Virus record (IMG/VR): IMGVR_UViG_3300024966_000001
Coordinates: 1-64,000 of that record
Direction: 5' to 3' (one strand)
From: a virus
DNA length: 64,000 nucleotides
Shown here: in pieces, positions 8,449 to 17,030 of the stretch
How the letters are laid out: each line of letters opens with the position of its first letter
Numbering within the stretch: the first letter of the stretch is position 1
Program-made: the position numbers and the translations under genes
Notes under the pieces: generated by a model
The model's input: only the letters and a program-made list of their open reading frames with translations
Told to the model about the DNA's origin: nothing
The model's database searches: none

Positions 8449-9112
8449 CTCAGAAGAGCTCATGCTACAGGCGGCTGAGATAAGCAGGGAAGCAGCCGAA
8501 AAACTGGCGGAAGAGCGTCAAGCTATGCGCCAAAGTAGAGCTGAAGGACTTATGAGCAGAACTGCGATTCCGGCTCGATACAGGGATGCAGACTTGATGC
8601 CAAAGACTTCTGCGCAGGTAAAGGCGTATGCAGAAGGGAAGGCTTTTGTTGACGGATTTCAAGACAGACTGAAAACGGGTGCAGGCATGGTGATATGGGG
8701 AGATGTGGGTACCGGGAAGACGCATATGGCTTGCGCTATAGCCAATGCACTTATCGCCCAATTGCGTCCGGCGCTTTACTGCACGGCGCTTGAAGCGATT
8801 ATGTTAGTTAAATCGACCTGGAAGCGCACTGCTGGCATGTCGGAGTATGACGTATACGGGCGATTCGGAGAGCCGCAATTGCTAATCATCGATGAAATTG
8901 GGGTTCAGTGCGGAACTGATTTCGAGCGCATGGTGCTGACAAGTATCGCGGATATTCGGAGCCGTAATTGCCTACCTACAATCATTATCTCGAACCTTAA
9001 CCCAGAGGAAATGTACGGTGTTTTAGGCGAGAGAATGTTTGATCGCTTAGTTGGGTTTGGAGCGAATATTACTCACATGCCTGGGCGGTCATTGCGGTTA
9101 CGTGCAGTTTGA
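8363..9112 (+). CDS. DnaC/IstB-like AAA+ helicase loader
   Basis: GDVGTGKT Walker A, LLIIDEIG Walker B, TIIISNL, R-x-FDRL. Confidence 0.9.
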   Translation: MNAARQEIKSPRSIRCFLKNMPESGPSLSSEELMLQAAEISREAAEKLAEERQAMRQSRAEGLMSRTAIPARYRDADLMPKTSAQVKAYAEGKAFVDGFQDRLKTGAGMVIWGDVGTGKTHMACAIANALIAQLRPALYCTALEAIMLVKSTWKRTAGMSEYDVYGRFGEPQLLIIDEIGVQCGTDFERMVLTSIADIRSRNCLPTIIISNLNPEEMYGVLGERMFDRLVGFGANITHMPGRSLRLRAV

Positions 9113-10665
9113 TGAGGTATTTATCTCTGTTCAGCGGCATTGAGTCCGCAACAATGGCTTGGCACGATCTTAACTGGGAGCCGGTGGCGTTCGCAGAAAT
9201 TGAGCCATTCCCTTGTGCGGTGCTTGCTCATCACTACCCGGATGTACCCAATCTCGGTGATGTTACAAAAATAACAGAAGAGCAAATCAAGTCATTGGGG
9301 GAAATCGACTTAGTTGTGTTTGGTTCGCCATGTACCGATTTATCAATTGCAGGAAAACGAGCAGGATTTAAAGATGCAGACGGCAACGACACGCGCAGCG
9401 GCTTATTCACCACAGCAATTAGAATTATTCGATGGGCAAGGAAAAATAACGGATGTCGTTTTGCATTATGGGAAAACGTCCCCGGCGCTTTCAGTTCCAA
9501 CAAAGGAGCAGACTTTGCGCGAGTGGTTAGCGAAATGGCAGGACTCGACGACGTTGCAGCCCCCAAAAACGGTTGGGGCACAGAAGGCGCAGCGGTTGGC
9601 GACAATGGAATGCTCGAGTGGGCTTGTTTGGACGCGCAATGGTCCGGACTGGCGCAGCGGCGCAAGCGCGTGTTCGCTCTCGTCGATTTTGGAGACTGGG
9701 CCAGTAGACCGCCGATACTACTTGAGCGCCACAGCTTGCGCGGGGATACTCCGCCGAGCCGAGAAACGGGGCAAGGAGTTACCTATGATGTTGCACCATG
9801 CCTTACAAGCAGTGGCAGAGGGGTTGAGCGAGCAGGGGATACTAGAGGACAAGATCCGGTAGTGGCCGTAGCTTTGCGCGGAAGAAATGGCGGAGCAACA
9901 GCAGAGCTTGGTGATGATGTTGGGTTTGCTCTTCGCGCTTCAGGCGGGGGAGGCGATAAGCCGCATGTGTTGTGTTTTGGTGGAAATAACACCAGTGGTC
10001 CTGTAGAGGTTTCGTCAACTCTTAACGCACATGGTGTTCGACTTGATTTTGAGTCTGAATTATTTATTGCTCAACAAGATTCTTATCACAACCTCCCTGG
10101 TCCCGACGTATCGGGATGCCTTAACTCAAGCATGGGTAATGGCAAGAATGGACAGGATACTGGCTTGCTGGTACCTGTGCCATATCACTCAACCGGCACC
10201 GGATATTGGCAGGAAGGTTTCGGCACTCTAAGAGCGCGGGCTCAGGACAGTCATGAGAACTTAATAGCTTTTTCGTGCAAAGACAGCGGCGCGGATGCTG
10301 GGGCAATAAGTCCAACTTTGCGTAGCATGAATAGCGTAAACAGCAATCAAAATGCGGGTGGTCAAGTAGCAATTGCCCTGCAAACCGATGTAACGCCAAA
10401 AGCAAGCGTGGAGTTAGCATTTACACTTAAATTGCCGAGTAAAACCGGTGGTGGTCAGCCAGCAGCTGTAATGGCTCCGGATATGGTGGTCCGCAGATTA
10501 ACGGCAAGGGAGTGCGAGAGATTGATGGGTTTTCCTGACGATTTCACATTGATTTCTGTTCGCGGCAAGCCAGCAGCAGATGGGCCAAGGTACAAGGCTT
10601 TGGGAAATAGTATGGCGGTATCGGTTATGGCTTATATCGGCCGGCAGATAATTCGGTGCTTATAG
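9112..10665 (+). CDS. C5-cytosine DNA methyltransferase with a long variable region
   Basis: FSGIE (I), GSPCTD (IV), WENVPG (VI), QRRKRVF (VIII), RRLTARECERLMGFPD (IX), YKALGNS (X). Confidence 0.93.
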   Translation: MRYLSLFSGIESATMAWHDLNWEPVAFAEIEPFPCAVLAHHYPDVPNLGDVTKITEEQIKSLGEIDLVVFGSPCTDLSIAGKRAGFKDADGNDTRSGLFTTAIRIIRWARKNNGCRFALWENVPGAFSSNKGADFARVVSEMAGLDDVAAPKNGWGTEGAAVGDNGMLEWACLDAQWSGLAQRRKRVFALVDFGDWASRPPILLERHSLRGDTPPSRETGQGVTYDVAPCLTSSGRGVERAGDTRGQDPVVAVALRGRNGGATAELGDDVGFALRASGGGGDKPHVLCFGGNNTSGPVEVSSTLNAHGVRLDFESELFIAQQDSYHNLPGPDVSGCLNSSMGNGKNGQDTGLLVPVPYHSTGTGYWQEGFGTLRARAQDSHENLIAFSCKDSGADAGAISPTLRSMNSVNSNQNAGGQVAIALQTDVTPKASVELAFTLKLPSKTGGGQPAAVMAPDMVVRRLTARECERLMGFPDDFTLISVRGKPAADGPRYKALGNSMAVSVMAYIGRQIIRCL

Positions 10666-10724
10666 AGTCATCAGCATTCAGCACTATCAAGTCAATTTTG
10701 TAATCAGTAATCAGGAAAGCACTA

Positions 10725-11024
10725 ATGAGCAATTTAAGTTTGATTGGAAATAAAACAATGTCCAGTGTTGAGCCGGTGAAAACATTACTCGATATTGTGA
10801 AAGTAGGTTTAGTCGAGTCTGGATTTGATGGGCTTTTTAATGAATGCGGTGAGTGCGGGTGTGAGGTTTCAGATCTTGCGCCGGGTGACAAATGTTTTAA
10901 CGAAGATTGTATTCCAGCTTACAAGCACACTCACTCAAGCAGTAAAGATTTTATCATGAGTACAAAAAAAGAAGGTTTTACCGACGCGGATATAGAGGGC
11001 GTATTGAATGAAAGCTCTATTTGA
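10725..11024 (+). CDS. Hypothetical Cys-rich protein
   Basis: GFDGLFNECGECGC...C...C. Confidence 0.65.
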   Translation: MSNLSLIGNKTMSSVEPVKTLLDIVKVGLVESGFDGLFNECGECGCEVSDLAPGDKCFNEDCIPAYKHTHSSSKDFIMSTKKEGFTDADIEGVLNESSI

Positions 11025-11123
11025 AACCCTACAAATAGCCGTTGTGATAGCTATTTGCATGTTTGGATTATTCGCGGTGTTGTGCGTAACAGCACCAAAG
11101 CCGCCTATCTCAAGTGGAATTGA

Positions 11124-11588
11124 TTGATGGCACTGGAGATATTTTTCAGAAAACTCTATGACAAGCTGGTACCCGCTGATGAATACCAGCTGGAGCTTAT
11201 GGAAAGCTTGAAAATGAACGGCGAGTACAAGGCTGTTTTAACCCAGCCGCGCAATTATCTATTTCATAAGAAATTCTTTAAGTTTTTAAATAAGTGCTAT
11301 CAAAACTATGAGCAGCCGGAAGTTTTTTATCAGGACATTAGGGTGTTTAAAAGTTTTGATCGGTTTCGCGATGAAATCATCATTGCTTGCGGGTATTGGG
11401 AATTGGGTCTTGATAAGAGAAACAGAGTTATCCAGGTAGCTAAGTCAATCAGCTTTGCAAAGATGGATCAGGTTCAATTTGAGCAACTTTTCAGCAAAGC
11501 CATTGACGTTATTTTAGCTGATTATTTGCCGAACTATGGGCGTGAAGATATGGATGCGCTGGTTGCTGAGATTTTGAGGTTTTCGTGA
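11124..11588 (+). CDS. DUF1367-like nin-region protein
   Basis: PRNYLFHKKFF, AKSISFAKMDQVQFEQLF. Confidence 0.8.
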   Translation: MMALEIFFRKLYDKLVPADEYQLELMESLKMNGEYKAVLTQPRNYLFHKKFFKFLNKCYQNYEQPEVFYQDIRVFKSFDRFRDEIIIACGYWELGLDKRNRVIQVAKSISFAKMDQVQFEQLFSKAIDVILADYLPNYGREDMDALVAEILRFS

Positions 11589-11839
11589 TGAGCACAGCAA
11601 CGGAAAAACGGCACATGGGAAGGGTCGCCGCGCTTGGCTGTTTGATTTGCCAGCAGCCAGCCAATGTGCATCACATTCGCACAGAGCGGATCAAGAGCGA
11701 TTTCCTGGTGATACCGCTTTGCAGAGAGCACCACCAAGGGGATTTTAGTATTCACATGAGTAAGCGTCAGTTTGAGGGTGTTTACGGCTCTGAGTTACAT
11801 CTTTTGGCTCAGACGATAGAGAGATTAACAAAAATATGA
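11585..11839 (+). CDS. Ref/DUF968-like HNH-fold nuclease
   Basis: RVAALGCLIC...HHIR...IPLCREHH...YGSELHLL. Confidence 0.8.
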   Translation: MMSTATEKRHMGRVAALGCLICQQPANVHHIRTERIKSDFLVIPLCREHHQGDFSIHMSKRQFEGVYGSELHLLAQTIERLTKI

Positions 11840-11841
11840 AT

Positions 11842-12115
11842 TTGACATGCGCCTGTAACCACGGCTATCCTTTACTCACTGCCCCACATTGGGCAGGCGG
11901 GTTTTTGCAGGCTCGGTTGGAACTGGCGCAAAGAAGATATGCGTCAACAGGCGTATGTCTTTTTTTATGCCCTCACTTTTTATGGTGGGCGGCGTATTTG
12001 GGAGGCGAAAGCCTGGCGGCCAGTTCCCGCTCTGCAAACCCGGATATGTTGTCCACCGCCCAAGTTTTTGCAGGCTTGTTCGGTGGCTTTAATTCACTGA
12101 ACTGGAGTCTGAAAA
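11842..12115 (+). ncRNA. C4-like antisense RNA immunity cassette 1 (promoter, targets, structured RNA)
   Basis: TTGACA-N18-TATCCT; TTTGCAGG and GAACTGG occur both upstream and downstream of their complements CTGCAAA and CCAGTTC. Confidence 0.65.
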
Positions 12116-12193
12116 TGAATAACCAATCCCAAGTTACGCCCGTAATCCGCGTAGAAAACACCGACATCCCCGTAACCGTTTACCAAGCAGATA

Positions 12194-12420
12194 TTGACAG
12201 CCCGCAAAAACCGGATGATACTGACCGCACTACAACGTTAAGCGGCCAACCGCACCCGACAGCCTTTGCGGTTTTTTTACGCCCAAAATTTCATTATGGG
12301 CGGGACGATAGGCCAAAATACAAGACCTTCGGGGAATATGCCAGCCGTCTTAACGCGGTAGTTGAGTCCCGCCTTCCCACTACTAATGGGAAGGTTTTCA
12401 AACTAAACGTTAAGGAGACC
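12194..12420 (+). ncRNA. C4-like antisense RNA immunity cassette 2
   Basis: TTGACA-N17-GATACT; AACGTTAAG at 12234 and 12406 flank the complement CTTAACG at 12349; terminator-like CCGCA...TGCGGTTTTTTT. Confidence 0.7.
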
Positions 12421-12424
12421 TTCA

Positions 12425-13153
12425 ATGGTTGCTCAATCTAGTCACACCCAAAATCCGTCCACCGTTTGCGTGGAAAATATCCAAATTCCGGTTGTTGTTT
12501 ATCAAGATGCTCGTGTAATTACCACGGACTTGCTTGCTCAGGTCTATGGTTCAGAATCAAGACGTATAACAGAAAATTTCACTCGCAATCAAGACCGCTT
12601 TGAAGTGGGCAAGCACTATTTCAAACTAGAAGGCGAAGAACTAACACGCTTTAAGCGTAGTAGTCCGCAAATCTCAAAACAAGCTCGTCATTTAATCCTT
12701 TGGACCGAACGCGGCGCAGCCCGCCACGCCAAGATGCTCGACACCGACCAAGCCTGGGACGTGTTCGACAAACTGGAGTCGGCTTACTTCGAGCCGACAA
12801 AAGCGCTACCCACACAGGAACCCGCCAAGCTGCCGCCTGCCGACGACCTCCCTCCCGACGTTTTAGCGGTGATTGACCACCGCGCAATGGCGATGTCTAT
12901 CCGGCACTATGACAAATACAGACAAGAATTGCGCAAGGCGATCAAAAGCTGGGGGCAACATCTGACCGGGCAAATGCTGGTCGAATTCGTCAAAACCATC
13001 GAGATGAAGGACAGCCAGCTGGTTATCGTCCACAGTGACACGTTGTGGCGGCTGTCCACCCGGCTGTCCACGCTGGAAGTCGTGCAACGCGAAGCGCTGG
13101 ATGCCGTGCATACGCTGGAGCAAGAAACAGGAAGGTCCTGGTACGGAAGGTAA
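12425..13153 (+). CDS. ORF6N-domain antirepressor-like protein
   Basis: VITTDLLAQVYG...NFTRNQDRF...LWTERGAARHAKMLDTDQAWDVF. Confidence 0.88.
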   Translation: MVAQSSHTQNPSTVCVENIQIPVVVYQDARVITTDLLAQVYGSESRRITENFTRNQDRFEVGKHYFKLEGEELTRFKRSSPQISKQARHLILWTERGAARHAKMLDTDQAWDVFDKLESAYFEPTKALPTQEPAKLPPADDLPPDVLAVIDHRAMAMSIRHYDKYRQELRKAIKSWGQHLTGQMLVEFVKTIEMKDSQLVIVHSDTLWRLSTRLSTLEVVQREALDAVHTLEQETGRSWYGR

Positions 13154-13264
13154 GGAATATTAACGGCCAGGGATGGCTATATGAAAACAGTTTAAATAGT
13201 TTGTCAAGTAATTAATTTTAAAGGATAAGTTGTATAATATTGGCTTAAAAATAAAGGATAAAAC

Positions 13265-13759
13265 ATGCTCAATAAAGTTATGTTAATTGGCCGATTGGGA
13301 GCTGATCCCGAAGTTCGCTACATGCCGAGCGGCGGAGCCGTTACCACAATTCGCATGGCAACGTCGAGGCGCTGGAAAGATAAGCAATCGGGTGAGCGCC
13401 GCGAAGAAACCGAATGGCATAGGGTGGTGTTTTATAATCGTTTGGCTGAAATTGCCGGCGAGTATTTAAAAAAAGGCAGTCAGGCTTATGTTGAGGGGCG
13501 TATTCGCACTCAGAAATGGCAAGGTCAAGACGGTCAGGATCGCTACACCACGGAAATCATTGCCGATACCATGAATATGCTGGATAGCCGCAGCGGCGGC
13601 ACTTCCGAGTTTGGCGGCGAACAGCCGCAGGGCGGATATTCCGCTCCCGCATCAAGACCGGACAACCCGCCCCAGCCATCGGCGCCGCAAAGCAGTTCCG
13701 GCTCCATGCCGCCGCCACCGCCAAATTATGACGATTTTGATGATGATATCCCGTTCTAG
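13265..13759 (+). CDS. ssb: Single-stranded DNA-binding protein
   Basis: [18 protein letters not shown]...TEWHRVV, C-terminal DFDDDIPF. Confidence 0.97.
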   Translation: MLNKVMLIGRLGADPEVRYMPSGGAVTTIRMATSRRWKDKQSGERREETEWHRVVFYNRLAEIAGEYLKKGSQAYVEGRIRTQKWQGQDGQDRYTTEIIADTMNMLDSRSGGTSEFGGEQPQGGYSAPASRPDNPPQPSAPQSSSGSMPPPPPNYDDFDDDIPF

Positions 13760-13862
13760 AGGTCACCTAGCATGGTTCTTTTAATGGTTTTTATATGGGC
13801 GGCTCTTAGTAATCATTGGATGGTTGCTTTGGCGCTGCTTTATTGCATGCTGACATATTAAT

Positions 13863-14294
13863 ATGACTAAAGTTATCGGCATTGACCCAGGCAAGACAAC
13901 TGGTTTCGCTCTTTGCATTGATGGTCAGTTGACGCATGTTATACCTACTGATTTCTGGGGGTGTATTAGGCTGATTGATGATTGCCCGGATGCAACTATA
14001 GTTGTCGAACTGCCATTAACAAAGCACGTTTGGCACAACGGCGCTACATCAAAGAGAGCAGTACAGCGTACTGGCGTCAATGTTGGGTCGTGTATCCGGG
14101 AGGCCGAATTGATAGTCGAGTATCTTCAAAAAAATGGCCGCAACTACATTACTCAAAAACCCAAAGGAAAATTAAATGCTGAGTCATTTAAAAAAATAAC
14201 TGGATGGAAAGGACCGACAAACCAGCATGCAAGAGATGCAGCGATGCTGTGCTTTGGGTTAAAAAATTTAAATAAAGTACAGGTGAGTCAATGA
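13863..14294 (+). CDS. RuvC-like (RNase H fold) Holliday junction resolvase
   Basis: VIGIDPGKTTGFA, VVE, NQHARDAA. Confidence 0.75.
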   Translation: MTKVIGIDPGKTTGFALCIDGQLTHVIPTDFWGCIRLIDDCPDATIVVELPLTKHVWHNGATSKRAVQRTGVNVGSCIREAELIVEYLQKNGRNYITQKPKGKLNAESFKKITGWKGPTNQHARDAAMLCFGLKNLNKVQVSQ

Positions 14295-14494
14295 TCGATC
14301 AGAATGAGTTCGCGCATAACGGCGTGGCCTATGTGGCCGAATCATCGCCATCGGTAGGCAGTGTATGTTTTGGCTGTGCATTTTTTGATTATGGTTGCTT
14401 TTCGCCTGTAGTTGATAGTTATTCGTGTAGATCAAGCGTTAGAACCGATAAGCGCGACATAATCTGGAAAAGAAAGCTTGGTGCTCATGAGTAA
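14291..14494 (+). CDS. Hypothetical protein
   Basis: ATGA overlap with the previous gene; CFGCAF. Confidence 0.6.
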   Translation: MIDQNEFAHNGVAYVAESSPSVGSVCFGCAFFDYGCFSPVVDSYSCRSSVRTDKRDIIWKRKLGAHE

Positions 14495-14657
14495 CGATCT
14501 TGACACGCATTGGTTCAGGGCTAAGTGCGATGCCAACTATATCCCTGCAAATGCCGACAAAGAGCACGACTTTATCGAGCGTGTTGGCATGAAGAATGAT
14601 AGCGGCACTAGCTTAGAGGATTCGAGAAACGAAGCTTGGAAGGAGTGTTTTGCATGA
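14487..14657 (+). CDS. 56-aa hypothetical protein
   Basis: Hand translation MSNDLDTHWFRAKC...EAWKECFA*; overlaps both neighbours. Confidence 0.55.
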   Translation: MSNDLDTHWFRAKCDANYIPANADKEHDFIERVGMKNDSGTSLEDSRNEAWKECFA

Positions 14658-14902
14658 GCAGGGTTATAGTTATTGGAACTGGCATATCTGCGAACGTAAG
14701 AGCTTTGATGTTGGCTAAATTATCGCTTATTTGCATAGTTCAAGAGCAAACCAAAATTGATAGCGAGGTTGGGGCACCGGTGATTATTAGGTGTTTTGAT
14801 CATCATGACATCGATGCTTCATCTTTTATCAAAAAAAAACACTGTGATGGCCGTGGTTCGTGGCCCGATACTCGAAAAAGACATAATTCCAGGAAAAAAT
14901 GA
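14654..14902 (+). CDS. Hypothetical protein
   Basis: AGGAG RBS and ATGA overlap. Confidence 0.55.
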   Translation: MSRVIVIGTGISANVRALMLAKLSLICIVQEQTKIDSEVGAPVIIRCFDHHDIDASSFIKKKHCDGRGSWPDTRKRHNSRKK

Positions 14903-15140
14903 TAGAAACAATAATTGTATTAACCGGTACGGCTGTACTGGTTTATTTTTGGGTTAAGGAGTGGTTGAGTGAGCATGAAGCCAAAAATTAAAAAGCAGTA
15001 CGGCAGCTGGGTATGTGTGTGCGATATGGGCATTATTGGGGAAGGCGACATACCGATAATCGCGTTTCTTGATTGGCAGTTAAAGCGTAAAAAACAAAGG
15101 TAAAACAATTTCTGGTTTATTAAAGGAACTTAATCTGCTT

Positions 15141-16190
15141 ATGGTAAGTCAATCCGTTATTGATGATGTAAATGAAACCGTTCAGTTGATTATTGCTGAT
15201 ATGGTTATTGCAAGTGGCGATGATAACAGAGAGTATTTTGAACGACGTTTTTACCGGGAGCCAGGTATTTACCGGTTACCGGAACCAATACAGCCGATCA
15301 TGGTTGATATGGCGCGAAAGATGGGTACCGTACCGGCAATCAAAGCCATGCAACGGGCTTTTACAGCGCATGGCTGCTATTTAAAGCCTGATGGCATTAT
15401 TGGGCCGATCACTGTTTCGGTGTCAAACCTGATGTACCCGGTTTACGGACAACAAGTAAAAGATGCATTGGTAAAGGAAGTCGTTGAATTTTATGCCCGC
15501 AGGTCCGATAAAAAAACAGCTCATAAGCCAATTCTGGATAACCGGATTACCGCGGCATCGTTGAGGGCTGAGCAGGTCGAAATGGTGAAGGTCATGGGGT
15601 CAAGATTCAAGGAAGCCCGTGAGATTTGCAATATGTCGCAGATATTGGCCGCCAAGGAACTGGGTTACTCAAACTCATCGAAGCTGGCCAAGATCGAGGG
15701 TAGCACTGACACCATTTCAGTGCCGCTATGGGTAATACGCCGAGCGGCCAGGTTGTACGATGTATCTATTGATTTCTTATTCGGGGAAACCGACGACTGG
15801 GAGCGGGATATAACCGCTTCCCGGCAGAACAATGTTGCGCGCTGGCTGGTTGAGTACGGAAAACAGGCTGACGCGGCCAAGATAAGCGCCTTCCTGGTTC
15901 TAAACAATAAGCTTTCAGCGCTGGAAAAGGCGGTCGATGTAGCGGTTAAGCGGTCAAATGAGAATTTAACTGTGTTGCGGCGCATTCAAGAGCTGAACCC
16001 GGAATTTGATGAGCTGAAGGGTGGTTCCAAGCTTGTATTATGTGCTCAAGAGTCAGTGGTTGATGCAAATAAGGCGATGGCCGAGCTTAAGCGGTTTCAT
16101 TGTTTGATTGAGGCTTCTCATTCAAATGGGGTTGTGTTGTTCAAGAACGTGGATCTTTTTGATTATAAGGATGATGGGTTTGATTACTAA
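15141..16190 (+). CDS. Fusion of a GH108-like/peptidoglycan-binding region and an XRE HTH; candidate late activator
   Basis: MVDMARKMG...AIKAMQRA...PDGIIGPIT, then RFKEAREICNMSQILAAKELG...YDVSIDFLFGETD. Confidence 0.65.
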   Translation: MVSQSVIDDVNETVQLIIADMVIASGDDNREYFERRFYREPGIYRLPEPIQPIMVDMARKMGTVPAIKAMQRAFTAHGCYLKPDGIIGPITVSVSNLMYPVYGQQVKDALVKEVVEFYARRSDKKTAHKPILDNRITAASLRAEQVEMVKVMGSRFKEAREICNMSQILAAKELGYSNSSKLAKIEGSTDTISVPLWVIRRAARLYDVSIDFLFGETDDWERDITASRQNNVARWLVEYGKQADAAKISAFLVLNNKLSALEKAVDVAVKRSNENLTVLRRIQELNPEFDELKGGSKLVLCAQESVVDANKAMAELKRFHCLIEASHSNGVVLFKNVDLFDYKDDGFDY

Positions 16191-16202
16191 GGTTTGTTTT
16201 TA

Positions 16203-17030
16203 ATGGCACGGCTAACTAAACAGCAATGGTCCGATGCCCGCAAGGTATGGGAACTTGACCCGCGTGAAGGCCATCAGTGGCTTGCCGATGATTTGATTGG
16301 TAAGGGCTTTGATGTAAACCGGGTAGCCATTGCCAAGGCTGCAAAAAGACAGGAATGGGCTAAGGTCACTCAGGGCGAAAAAGTCACTGAAAGCGTCACT
16401 CAAAAAGTCACTCAGAGTGACAAAAAGTCACTTAAAAAAGTTACTACTAAAAAAACAAAAACGGTACCAGTTATTACCGATGCGGTGTGGGAAGAGGTAG
16501 ATGAAAAGACCGAGCGATTGCATGGGAATTCTCTTTATAAACATGAATATGCTGAGCAAGTTTATAAGTTGTGCTTGTTGAGTGCTACTGATGTTGAGAT
16601 AGCAGACTTTTTTAGAGTGTCTGAGCAAACAATTAACAACTGGAAGCATGGTTATCCCGATTTCCTTGAGTCCCTGCACCGTGGCAAGCTCATGGCTGAT
16701 GCCAATGTAACGGACAGGCTTTATCAGCGAGCTATGGGCTATTCGCATGCTGATGAAAAGATATTTAATAACATGGGTGAGATTGTCAGGGCTGAAACCA
16801 TTAAACACTATCCTCCCGACACTGGCGCTATAAAGTTATGGTTGTTCAATCGTCGACCTAAAGATTGGAAAGCCAACGTTGAGGCTCCTATTGAAATCAA
16901 TCTGAATGTATTCCCAGCAAAAGAAGTGCTGGATGGTATTTATGAAAAAGCGCTTGAAGAAGCAGCCAAGCGTGATCAAAAGCTAATCGGCAGGCGTGAG
17001 CGGCTGGGTATATTGATCGAGCACGATTAA
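16203..17030 (+). CDS. Terminase small subunit
   Basis: LLSATDVEIADFFRVSEQTINNWK, KHYPPDTGAIKLWLFNRRP; directly upstream of the large terminase. Confidence 0.85.
   Translation: MARLTKQQWSDARKVWELDPREGHQWLADDLIGKGFDVNRVAIAKAAKRQEWAKVTQGEKVTESVTQKVTQSDKKSLKKVTTKKTKTVPVITDAVWEEVDEKTERLHGNSLYKHEYAEQVYKLCLLSATDVEIADFFRVSEQTINNWKHGYPDFLESLHRGKLMADANVTDRLYQRAMGYSHADEKIFNNMGEIVRAETIKHYPPDTGAIKLWLFNRRPKDWKANVEAPIEINLNVFPAKEVLDGIYEKALEEAAKRDQKLIGRRERLGILIEHD
16365..16445 (+). repeat. GTCACT hexamer cluster, candidate pac site
   Basis: GTCACT at 16365, 16383, 16395, 16407 and 16427; inverted AGTGAC at 16416; GTTACT at 16440. Confidence 0.65.

Noticed and set aside
11836-12441. 201-aa ORF as a single real protein
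   Set aside because: It runs across two promoter/structured-RNA cassettes. An Ash/Icd-like peptide cannot be excluded, but most of it is better explained as RNA elements plus a truncated ORF6N start.
15099-15136. GGTAAAAC...TAATCT as another late promoter copy
   Set aside because: The core is mismatched and the spacing is 24-25 nt rather than 27.
16365-16445. CRISPR array or DGR template/variable repeats, here or elsewhere in the window
   Set aside because: The repeats are 6 bp with irregular short gaps. No cas gene, reverse transcriptase or adenine-variant repeat pair was seen in the window.
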